The notes under the pieces are model-generated. The model saw only the letters and a program-made list of their open reading frames with translations, searched no databases and was not told the origin of the DNA. The position numbers were made by a program, and so were the translations under genes. Positions 10,028 through 21,068 of a stretch of DNA of 64,000 nt are shown piece by piece (the first letter of the stretch is position 1; each line of letters starts with the position of its first letter). This DNA comes from Paraphysomonas bandaiensis (lineage: Eukaryota > Protista > Chrysophyceae): positions 186,001 through 250,000 of the forward strand of contig CBFFRP010000141.1 of NCBI GenBank assembly GCA_965644295.1. Direction: 5' to 3'.

Positions 10028-13000
10028 TTACTTCCTTTTACGCAAGTTCCTCCGAGTGGATTGAGTTGAACTGTCTTCAATAGTCGCAGCGACAGAAGCT
10101 TTCGATGTTTTTCCCCTTTTACTTGTCCGGGTGGATTTAGCTTTCTTCGAGGTGCATGCATCGCAAAACCAATCTCCCTCAGGAATTTCCTCTAATCCAA
10201 CGTCCTCAACCAGATACTCACCATCACACCTGTGAAATATACTGTTATTGCAACAACATAGATACTAGACTACTTTACACAGTGAGCTCACCCATCGCAT
10301 AAAATCGCTAAAGCGGTTTCATCATCAGAATCCTCTTCAACGGAATTAGGAACCTCCACCTTTCTTCGTGTACTTCTTTTGGTGGGGTTGGTAGATGCAG
10401 ATCGCTTCCGGCTATTCGGCTTACATTGAGACACAGACTCCACAAACCCCTTCCCGCGACGACTACTAACCTTCTTAGTAACACTAATTTCCGCGCATTC
10501 AGTTGGGACTTTATCATCTGTCACGCTCTTCTTTGCACTTGACCGGACACGTTTCGCAGTGGAGAGACATCTATCACTCGCCACAGAATCATCAGAAGTA
10601 GTACGCTTACGACCACCTCTGGACCGAGTAGATCTCTGAATATTACTATATTCAACTTTCACTACCTCACCCACTTTATCCTCCACAACTGCATCGTCAG
10701 CAACCACAGCCGTTTCCTCGTCTACTACATCCTCCACTGATGCAGCAGGAGCTTTCTTGCGAGAGCTGACACGAGACTTGCGGGTAGACGTCACAATTGG
10801 AGTAGCTGCAGATTCAGCTTCTGCTACCTCACCCTCGCTATCCTCCACAACTGCATTGTCAGCAACCACAGCCGTTTCCTCTTCTACTACATCCTCCACT
10901 GATGCAGCAGGAGCTTTCTTGCGAGAGCTGACACGAGACTTGCGGGTAGACGACACAATTGGGGTAGCTGCAGATTCAGCTTCTGCTACCTCACCCTCGC
11001 TATCCTCCACAACTGCATTGTCAGCAACCACAGCCGTTTCCTCTTCTACTACATCCTCCACTGATGCAGCAGGAGCTTTCTTGCGAGAGCTGACACGAGA
11101 CTTGCGGGTAGACGTCACAATTGGGGTAGCTGCAGATTCAGCTTCTGCTACCTCACCCTCGCTATCCTCCACAACTGCATCGTCAGCAACTACAGCCGTT
11201 TCCTCTTCTACTACATCCTCCACTGATGCAGCAGGAGCTTTCTTGCGAGAGCTGACACGAGACTTGCGGGTAGACGACACAATTGGGGTAGCTGCAGATT
11301 CAGCTTCTGCTACCTCACCCTCGCTATCCTCCACAACTGCATCGTCAGCAACCACAGCCGTTTCCTCGTCTACTACATCCTCCACTGATGCAGCAGGAGC
11401 TTTCTTGCGAGAGCTGACACGAGACTTGCGGGTAGACGTCACAATTGGAGTAGCTGCAGATTCAGCTTCTGCTACCTCACCCTCGCTATCCTCCACAACT
11501 GCATTGTCAGCAACCACAGCCGTTTCCTCTTCTACTACATCCTCCACTGATGCAGCAGGAGCTTTCTTGCGAGAGCTGACACGAGACTTGCGGGTAGACG
11601 TCACAATTGGGGTAGCTGCAGATTCAGCTTCTGCTACCTCACCCTCGCTATCCTCCACAACTGCATCGTCAGCAACTACAGCCGTTTCCTCTTCTACTAC
11701 ATCTTCCACTGATGCAGCAGGAGCTTTCTTGCGAGAGCTGACACGAGACTTGCGGGTAGACGACACAATTGGGGTAGCTGCAGATTCAGCTTCTGCTACC
11801 TCACCCTCGCTATCCTCCACAACTGCATCGTCAGCAACCACAGCCGTTTCCTCTTCTACTACATCCTCCACTGATGCAGCAGGAGCTTTCTTGCGAGAGC
11901 TGACACGAGACTTGCGGGTAGACGTCACAATTGGGGTAGCTGCAGATTCAGCTTCTGCTACCTCACCCTCGCTATCCTCCACAACTGCATCGTCAGCAAC
12001 CACAGCCGTTTCCTCTTCTACTACATCCTCCACTGATGCAGCAGGAGCTTTCTTGCGAGAGCTGACACGAGACTTGCGGGTAGACGTCACAATTGGGGTA
12101 GCTGCAGATTCAGCTTCTGCTACCTCACCCTCGCTATCCTCCACAACTGCATTGTCAGCAACCACAGCCGTTTCCTCTTCTACTACATCCTCCACTGATG
12201 TAGCAGGAGCTTTCTTGCGAGAGCTGACACGAGACTTGCGGGTAGACGACACAATTGGGGTAGCTGCAGATTCAGCTTCCACAACCATATCTAGTTGACA
12301 CTTTGTTGGGTCCGATAGGTTTTGAATGTTGTGCTCTTTTTTACTGATATGCTTTCTGAATTCCTCGGGATCCGCTAGATAAGTATCAAGTGCTACACCG
12401 TAAGCAATATCAGATGAGAAACATGCGTTTTCTGCTAATTCCTCAGCATATTGTGATACTAGATTCATGTCTTTTCTTCTCTGTTTGCTTGGATCGACAC
12501 TGCTTAACTTCGGGGTTGAGGTGCAAGTACATAGGGAGAAACGTCTATGTGATGCCTCAATGCCTTGAATATAAGCGTCCAGTGCCAAAGCATAGGCTTC
12601 GTGGCTATCCATCGACGCAGAGGCGGCTAGTTTCTCCGAATATTCGTCTATCATATCGAAGTCTTCTTCTGTGAGGGAAGACATAATATCCGCAACCTTG
12701 TCTGCAGTGATCTCGTAGGACTTGCCCTTCTTCTGCAAAGAGGACAAAAGAGATTCCCTTCGGCGAAAAGACGATGACACAGAGGTGCGGTGAGGAGAAT
12801 AAACAGCCCTGGGGTTGGTCAAGTATTCATCGAGAGCGATTTCAACAGCCTCGTCTTTTTCAATGCCCTGTCAAACTGTGATTTCAATATCTTATTGCAG
12901 GAGGCACTTACCATGGTCATTTCAACAGAAGAAGCATAAGATGCAATAGAAAGCCTTGCACATGTGGTTGACATGTAAAAGTTCTCTTCCAGACAGTCTG

Positions 13001-15754
13001 CTAAGGACAGATTATCTTCTATCTCATCATCTGAGGTAGAACTGTCAAGAGCATCCGCCTCAGCAACAAGACTCTTACGACGAGACTGAATAGCTTTAAG
13101 TAAAGGAGTCTTGAGTTTGTGTACTTCAGCCATTTCAGTGGATGCAGTATTTTCAATTGAATCCACAGCGGAAGTAGCAACAAGCTGACTTAGCTCATCC
13201 ACTTGTTCCATAATGCTCGTACGACGAGACTGAATAGCCTTCTTCAATGGAGTGTGCAGGGACTTAGCTGGTTCATCTTTCACAGATTCACATTCCATAT
13301 CCTGACCCACTTCCATTTCATCTGTCTCCGTAGCCGATTCCTCGTATTTTTCGAGGTTCGAATCAGGCTCCATACTACCCAGATTAGTGTCCTGTTGCAT
13401 CTTACTTTTACGGCGAGACTGAATAGCCTTCTTCAATGGAGTGTGCAGGGACTTAGCTGGTTCATCTTTCACAGATTCACATTCCATATCCTGACCCACT
13501 TCCATTTCATCTCTCTCCGTAGCCGATTCCTCGTATTTTTCGAGGTTCGAATCAGGCTCCATACTACCCAGATTAGTGTCCTGTTGCATCTTACTTTTAC
13601 GGCGAGACTGAATAGCCTTCTTCAATGGAGTGTGCAGGGACTTAGCTGGTTCATCTTTCACAGATTCACATTCCATATCCTGACCCACTTCCATTTCATC
13701 TCTCTCCGTAGCCGATTCCTCGTATTTTTCGAGGTTCGAATCAGGCTCCATACTACCCAGATTAGTGTCCTGTTGCATCTTACTTTTACGGCGAGACTGA
13801 ATAGCCTTCTTCAATGGAGTGTGCAGGGACTTAGCTGGTTCATCTTTCACAGATTCACATTCCATATCCTGACCCACTTCCATTTCATTTGTCTCCGTAG
13901 CCGATTCCTCATATTTTTCGAGGTTTGAATCTGGTACCGCAGCTTCAAGGGCAGCAATCTGATTGACGATGCTCTTTCGTCGTGACTGAATGGCCTTTAG
14001 CAAAGGAGTTGATAAAGATTTTACTGCTGAATCATGTCCCACAGATTCACACCTTTGGGCAAGATTACAGAGAGCTGACTCTTCATCATCCAGACTCTTT
14101 CTTCGGGACTGAATTGCTTTACGAATAGGGGTTTTAAGCGATTTCTTTTGACGAGAGGTTTCATTAGATTTTCTGTGCGCTTGAATAGACATTCTCAAGG
14201 GCGTTTTCAAAGCTTTTCGAGCATGTAGAGGGTCGCCTATAATTGTCGAATTGGGTTCATCTGAAGCCGTAGGAGACTGAGCAAAGCCATTGATAGAGGC
14301 TATATTATCGATAGCATCTACTTCATCCATAATGCTCTGGCGACGGGACTGAATCGCTCGTCGTAGAGGAGTTTTAAGTGCTTTATAGGTAATTTGGAGC
14401 TTCTTGTCATCTTGCTGTTGTGCAGCACCCACTGCAAGGGAATCAAATGACTGAGACGGACTTTGTAGATCACACTGCTTTGACTCCATACTTGCAGGGC
14501 TCGGAGTATTTACGCTTTTTTCTTCCACACCATTGGGTCCCGAGTCACTACACATCACATCAAGAGTATGCACTTTTTCAACTAAGCTCTTACGGCGCGA
14601 TCGAATGGCGTCTCGTAGAGGAGAGTCAAGAGATTTTTGCACTTCTCCATCATATCGCATTTCAAGAGTCTCTGAAGCAATGCAATCATATTTCTGAACT
14701 GAACGTCCTGACTGTTGCTTAGCCTGACGGTTTCTTAATGGTGTCTTAATCACGCAGGACTCCAACGCAGGGTTTGTTATTAAAAGAGATTCCTCTACAG
14801 CATTAAGCTCTTCGGCTTCAGTTTTGATACTCTTTCGCCTGGCTTCAATAGCTTTCTTAATGGGAGTTAACATATGCTTCTTCAATTCGGCACCAGATGG
14901 ATTCTCAGAAACAAATTCATAGTTAAGATCTTCTAGGACTTGCATATCACTGGCGAGGGACTTGCGTCTTAACTTAATTGCGTTGCGAAGTGGAGTGTTT
15001 AGAGCGACTGTACGGGCTACTTCTGATGTCTTGCTCGAGTCATTGTCAATTTTGTTAGCCTCTTCAACAACAGGCTTTAATTTTGCTGGTAACGTAGATG
15101 CCTTCGAAACTACACCAGAATAGTCAGATGAAGGGCAAGTCTTCGGTGTGATTTTTCGAGCTGGAGTGGAGTTACTTCTTGAATTTCCTTTCTTTGAAAA
15201 GTCTAGAGTGATGCTCTCGTCAATCGTCTCAAGAACAGGTACTTGTTTCAGTACCCCCTTAGTTTCTGTTGTGTCTTGCCGGAAGTCATTACCTGCCTCA
15301 TACTATTACGCGGTATGATTCATATCTAACGATGAGACTATTACCACATTCGAAAATGAACTTTCGTTCGCCAATGCATATAACATCGCCATTGTGTAAG
15401 TCAGCGGCGTTGCTTATCTCCATATCATTCACTCTAGTGGGGTTTGTTTTTGACAAATGATTAATCTGACACTGCACATGGAGTATTAAAACACTAAACC
15501 CTTCCGTGCATATTCACTCACTCTTCCATTTTGGTCGATGCTCAGCAAGGCGTGTTTACGGGACACAGACGTTAACTTTATTCTTATGTCGGCATCTTTG
15601 TCCCTATCATAGAATTGAGCGACTATTATACGCCACTAATAAGAGTGAAGTGCACAAACCTTCCGAATAGAACATCACTTGTGACAGAGAAAGACGACCC
15701 CTCACTTCCATCCTTCATAAGAACTACTATGCGACCATACTCTATTTCTTCCAT
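10028..15754 (-). CDS. Ki-67-like FHA / repeat / half-PHD protein, ~1820 aa; exons 15754-15660, 15603-15522, 15471-15345, 15292-12912, 12867-10292, 10229-10028
   Basis: Five GT..AG introns give one continuous frame of 5463 nt. The N-terminus MEEIEYGRIVVLMKDGSEGSSFSVTSDVLFGRDKDADIRIKLTSVSRKHALLSIDQNGRCQINHLSKTNPTRVNDMEISNAADLHNGDVICIGERKFIFE is a Ki-67-type FHA domain. The C-terminus ILCDGCDGEYLVEDVGLEEIPEGDWFCDAC is PHD-like. Confidence 0.88.
10677..12280 (-). repeat. Coding tandem repeat, 162 bp (54 aa) x ~10
   Basis: Unit AESAATPIV(T/S)STRKSRVSSRKKAPAASVEDVVEEETAVVAD(D/N)AVVEDSEGEVAE; copies near-identical. Confidence 0.97.
13222..13935 (-). repeat. Coding tandem repeat, 189 bp (63 aa) x ~3.7
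   Basis: Unit PAKSLHTPLKKAIQSRRKSKMQQDTNLGSMEPDSNLEKYEESATERDEMEVGQDMECESVKDE. Confidence 0.95.
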
Positions 15755-17429
15755 CACCAATCACACACTTCTCCCTTTCAGAACTATCTTCACTTTAATT
15801 TACTTCACTTCTTCTTCAATCTTCAAGGGTGATGTCGAATATGCATGGATGTGTACACTGCTGGGCCTGTGCTGTAGTAAGAATTTCTCCCCTTCACTTC
15901 AAAAATAGCACCATCAAAAACAAACACTTCTTCAAAAAATATTTCTAACGGTTCTTTTTATCTTCAAGTTATTGGGATAGTCGGGGTATACGAGATCTCC
16001 GCTCTCCGCTAAGCTAGTCGTCGAGATGATTGTGTATCCCTATACCTATATGAGCGATACACATCATAGAGAACTGTAATATGATGAGCAAATCATCATA
16101 TCACGTGTAGTGGTGGAGGGAGAGTAAGAGTGACTATCTGTGATCTCAGTATACGAAAATATGTAGCGCAAACTCACTGCTGAAGGCGGGAGGATATTCC
16201 TTGGTTGAATGTATTTTCTACATTGGAAACGACCTAACATCAATGCATAAAAGCTTTTCAGAGAATGGAACAACTTTGTGATGGCGGAACTGTATCTAGA
16301 ACTGGAATCATATGAAGTTGATGTTTTGAATGGAAGCGATTGTGACAAAGCTCGCCATCTGGTCCTGTCGCTGTGCTTAAATGAAGGTAGAGGGAAAAAA
16401 GGAAAGTTCCGAAAATACGAAGCCATTCATATGCGTAACATTGAAGATACGCTCTCGTACAAGATATTATATACAATTGCTGCTCTGCACGATTTGTTGT
16501 TCTGTCGCTTAAGATTTTAGTGTTGTAATAGTTTTCGGGATTGCTCTCTAAGTTGGGACAAGGGTGTTCAAGTAATATAACCAATAGCGGAGTCAAAATA
16601 TATTAATATCTTTCTTTATAAGTATAAATGTATAATAATAATAAAAATAATTCTGTGTGATATATGACTGCTTCTCTTTGTTAGCACTTACTTGTTTAAT
16701 CAGCGTTATACATGTCAAAACTCTATTGCACAACATAATTTATTCGCTTCGTATTCTACTTACTCAAACCAAGCCTGCTCAAAAAAATAATTGAATTTTA
16801 CAAATTTAAGTATTTGCTAAAAATATATTCTGCCAAAGCTGCTAATATGTCTTGTGTCTTGTAAAAGCTGACAATTCAGGTGAAATTCCAAAATACTTTG
16901 GTTTTAAACTAGAACTGTGCGGAGGTATACCCCTAAGGTTTAAAGAATCGCTTGGTTTATTGGCCCTAAGTAGAGTCAGTAGTTATGAGTACAATTTTAA
17001 ATCTCTACATTTGATTCGTTATTACACGACATAAGATTTTGTCTTTCAAATATCATGTATGGCAGTAATTTTATGTTGTAATATGCTGTAACGAAGCGTG
17101 CTAATTCTGCACTCTGTCCTGTCATAAAATACCGGCTTACACATGGATGACCACAACAGTACAGTTATACTAAATTGAATTATTGAAACATATGACAATA
17201 TCGTACCCCTCACCAATAGGGGAATATAAACCATCCCAAATGAGCATCTCTCCTTGTTTGATCGTCTTAGTTTGACCATACTTCAGAACCAGTGTCTTAG
17301 GGGTTTTAGTCAGTGGTAATGATCGCAGACATACGGCGTTCATGGAACTTAAACCTTTTCATCATTTAATTTAATTAATTTTTAATTTAAAGGAGGTAAA
17401 TTATTGTAGCATCAAGTAGTATCCATACC

Positions 17430-17790
17430 TCAATTCTTATCTGAAGATACTGCAACCTTCCGAACTACTACCGACGATAGGAATGGAGTGACTACATATA
17501 GTTGGTTGTAAGCTCCAACATATAGGTTGCCGTTGCTGTCGACAGAGGGAATGGGACCAAAACCTGTGGTAGTGGCACCAAAGGTTACTCCAGATAGTTT
17601 AAAGAGGTTTCTCCAACCGCCCAGCATCAGCAATATTGAAACCGCATTCCCACCATACGTATCAAATACATAGCATATCGTTCTTGGCAATAGCTGGAGC
17701 GCTCCATATTCCCAGTGAGCCAGCAATTAGGTCTCAAAATTCAAATTCATAGAACCTGATCTCTCTGCAACGCATATAAGAAGTTATTCG
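17430..17790 (-). pseudogene. Decayed PQQ/BamB-like beta-propeller fragment
   Basis: Frameshifted pieces NNFLYALQ, GIWSAPAIAKND and PSVDSNGNLYVGAYNQLYVV resemble PQQ-type blade motifs; stops and frameshifts present. Confidence 0.45.
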
Positions 17791-18700
17791 TAAAGACATA
17801 GACATGACCACATCACATTACACAAGTGACAATGTCTATCTAATATCATCGTCAGCAGATAGAGGATAGCACCACTCTATACAAATCCATAATTTTTACT
17901 ATACATAGGGAGTGCACTATAAAACTTGGCAAACTGCATGCATTTTTCTCGTAATATCATGTACAAAATTCCCGATTTGTGACGGGAATACTTTGCTCCT
18001 CTAAGATTCAGATATTCTGGTATTCTACCAGTCGTTTTTCTACTTCAAAATACTGTGACATCATCCGTCTTTTAGCAGTACTATCAAGAATGTCTATATA
18101 GCGGACATTCCGATCGTCCTTCAGGTAACCAGTGACGCATCGTTCCATCTTTGACACAATAGTTTCTACACCACATTTCAAAACTCTTTCCACTAGAGGC
18201 CTTCCATTTCTCACATAGCTCTGATTGCTCTTTAAGGGTTCGTGACTTCCTTCTTTCTGACTCACGGCGCTTCAATGTTCATTCCATTCTTTATTATAAC
18301 ATCACCTACTAGCATCTAGGATATGATTATAGGATATGATTATGATTGTATGATCCAAGATACAGGAGTGACTGAAAGCCACTGCAACTACACAAAACCC
18401 GGGGTTTATAGTTATAGATAATGTGGTCCGTGAAAGAAAATCGCGATATATCGAGTAATACGTAGCGATATAAGAACCGCGTTATATCGCGAGTGGCCTG
18501 TTTGTATGTACTGTATGTATGCATGGATGCATATATATATCGCAGTGAAAAATATGCGGCTGGACGTAGCTTCAGTGTGGGCGGAGTGTGGAGGTTGAGG
18601 GAGATACTGGAGATGTTTGAACTCCATCTGTAGGAGTCGATAATGTGCCTCTACCATATACACTAATTCCTTTATATCTGTTGTATAATTTCGTGGCTTC

Positions 18701-21068
18701 ATGTGTAACCGCATTCCAAGGTTTGGAATCGTCTGTTTTCTGGTTGTGGTGGCCCAGTGCGCATATGGGACTGATGACGATGTGGCCGCCATTCCATGTA
18801 CAGACGATGGTGGGGAGTCTTCATCCTTTGCAGTTCCTTCTCCTTTCAATTATATTCTGATCATGCTTTTGGTGTGTCTGTCGGCACTGTTCTCTGGATT
18901 AACTCTAGGTCTGCTTGGATTGGATGTAATCGGATTGGAAATAATTATTGGTGGGGACAATGAAGGCCTGAAAAAGTGTGCTAAAGAAATTTTACCAATT
19001 CGAAAAAAAGGAAATTTATTGTTGTGTACGTTGCTTCTTGGAAATGTTGCAACCAATGCCCTGTTGTCTATATTGATGGCAGATATGACATCAGGTCTTG
19101 TCGGATTTTTGTCGTCAACTGTAATGATTGTAATATTTGGTGAGATTATACCCCAGGCAACATGTTCTCGATATGCTTTACAGATAGGCCGTCGGTCATT
19201 GCCAATTGTTAAATTCTTTATTGGGGCTTTATTTTTGATAGCTTATCCTTTAAGCGTGATTCTAGACTATGCTCTTGGTGAAGAGGTTGGCACTGTTCAC
19301 ACCCGCACAGAGCTTCTGACGATGCTTAAAATCCATGAAAGACACCAGCAACTAGATCAAGACACAGTTAATGTGATGAGTGGGGCTATAAATTACCGTG
19401 ACAAGAAAGTTGAAGATGTGGTGAGTATTGCACGCTCTGTTAGTCTTTTTATCTTAACAGTGTATTCGTGTTTTCCATACTTGAGTTTTTTGAATAGTGG
19501 GTGTGTTTGTTCTGCTACTGATAATGCCTTTATTTGTATTGCCGCACAGATGACACCGGCAGACAAAGTGTTCATGATATCGGTAAACGAAAAACTCAAC
19601 TACAAAGTTCTATCCGAAGTGTTCAAAAGCGGATATAGCCGAATCCCGGTGTATGGCCGTGACAGAAATGATATAGCGGGTGTACTTCTCGCGAAGGATC
19701 TTATATTCATCGACCCTGAAGACGAAACTCCGGTGCGCAATTTCATTACTCTCTTTGGACGACCATACCAGGTTGTGTGGCATGATAGCAATCTTGGTGA
19801 GGTATTGAAGGCATTCAAACAAGGCAAAGGGCACCTTGCATTTGCCCGTGCTGTGAAGGACAATGGAGATGTAAGTAACTTTAAAAACAATTATGGTGGG
19901 ATTCGGGCGTGCCTGGAATATTGAAATGTTACATGTGACATATAAAATACTGCTGACAACAGTGATTGTGTATGATACGGATGATGTTGTGTTCGGAATT
20001 CGTACTAACATGTTGATATCGTGCCATGTAGAAAGACAATACATACGAGATAGTTGGGGTGATTACACTGGAGGATATAATCGAGGAGATATTAGGGGAA
20101 GAGATAGAAGATGAGACAGATGACGGTAATCTTGATGTTATGATTGTTACTGACATGCAATTATTGACACCAGTTGTATACAGTGGATGCTGCGGGTCCA
20201 ACTAGAGATAGAGAACTCGCCCGGTTGATCATGCTCACCGGAAAGGTTGCACAGGAGAAGCTTGAAGTGGAGGAAACTCAAGCCGTGGCTTCACATCTTT
20301 TGTCCAACGTCCCTCAGTTGAAGAGCATGTTCGAAGGCAATATTGGTGCAGGACGCTCTCCACCTTGTATGGAAGATGTACAGGCAATGGTCATGAAGTG
20401 CAAAGTGATGGAGCTCAAACGGCAATCTACTAACGATATGATTGCAATGGATGCTCCAGCTAATGAAGATATTCTCTTTAAACGTGGGAAGATGTCGAAG
20501 GCCTGTGCATTGATACTCAGCGGGAAAATCACAGTCCTAGCTGGAAAAGACGAATTCCACTCAGAACTTGGACCATGGTCAATTGTTGGATCTGATGCAG
20601 TGAAATTACCTGAAGGGACATATCTGCCGGATTTTACTGCGTTTGTTTCATCCGACACGGTCCGGTGTCTATGGATCACCAAGAGTGAGATCACTGCTCT
20701 GCTCAACGGGAAACCAGACGAAAATGAGCAAGGAAGGTATAGAAGACGCTCGCATCATCAACAGAGAATGAAGAGCGCTATTGAGAACACATCTCACGGT
20801 TCAGGAAGAACGGTAGGGAGGAGTTCTCATGTTTTCTTCTACAATACGCTAATTATCTCGCTTTTAGGCTGTTAGTTCAAAGTCATCAGACCAAGAAACC
20901 ACCGTGTCGCCATTGCATGGAATGTTGAAGGGTGGCTTTAGTAGTCCTTACCAAGCCCTGGAAGACGATATTCTTGACCTAGTTGTGGAGGAAAATGGGA
21001 TCGAAATGGAAAGAAGTCGAGAAAATCAAAGCGAGTTTCAAAAATCCCGAGGAGATTCGTGGTCATAA
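18701..21068 (+). CDS. CNNM/DUF21-CBS metal (Mg2+) transporter with C-terminal cNMP-binding-like domain (5 exons)
   Basis: Motifs LSALFSGLTLGLLGLD, LLCTLLLGNV, FGEIIPQ, SGYSRIPVY and GVITLEDIIEEILGEEIEDETD. Introns start at 19421, 19871, ~20125 and ~20812; stop at 21066-21068. Confidence 0.93.

Larger units (their letters stand above)
2788..10444. repeat. Tandem triplication of a 2551-bp unit (copies start 2788, 5339, 7890)
   Basis: Identical ORFs recur at offsets of 2551/2552. Junctions share a 3-bp ACA microhomology. Only two substitutions and one homopolymer-length difference were noticed between copies. Confidence 0.97.

Noticed and set aside
10677-12280. PP1-docking RVxF motif as in Ki-67
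   Set aside because: The repeats read KSRVSS, lacking the required F/W; no convincing RVxF was seen.
12819-12911. Two separate genes or a programmed frameshift between the 708-aa and 844-aa ORFs
   Set aside because: A canonical 44-nt GTAAGT..CAG intron (12911-12868) joins them in frame and completes a repeated motif.
10757-13928. Long plus-strand ORFs (513 aa and 241 aa)
   Set aside because: Antisense shadows of coding tandem repeats.
16180-18300. Short ORFs at 16278-16520 and 18008-18275 as genes
   Set aside because: Flanked by stops, with no recognisable domain or coherent splice model; possibly decayed sequence.
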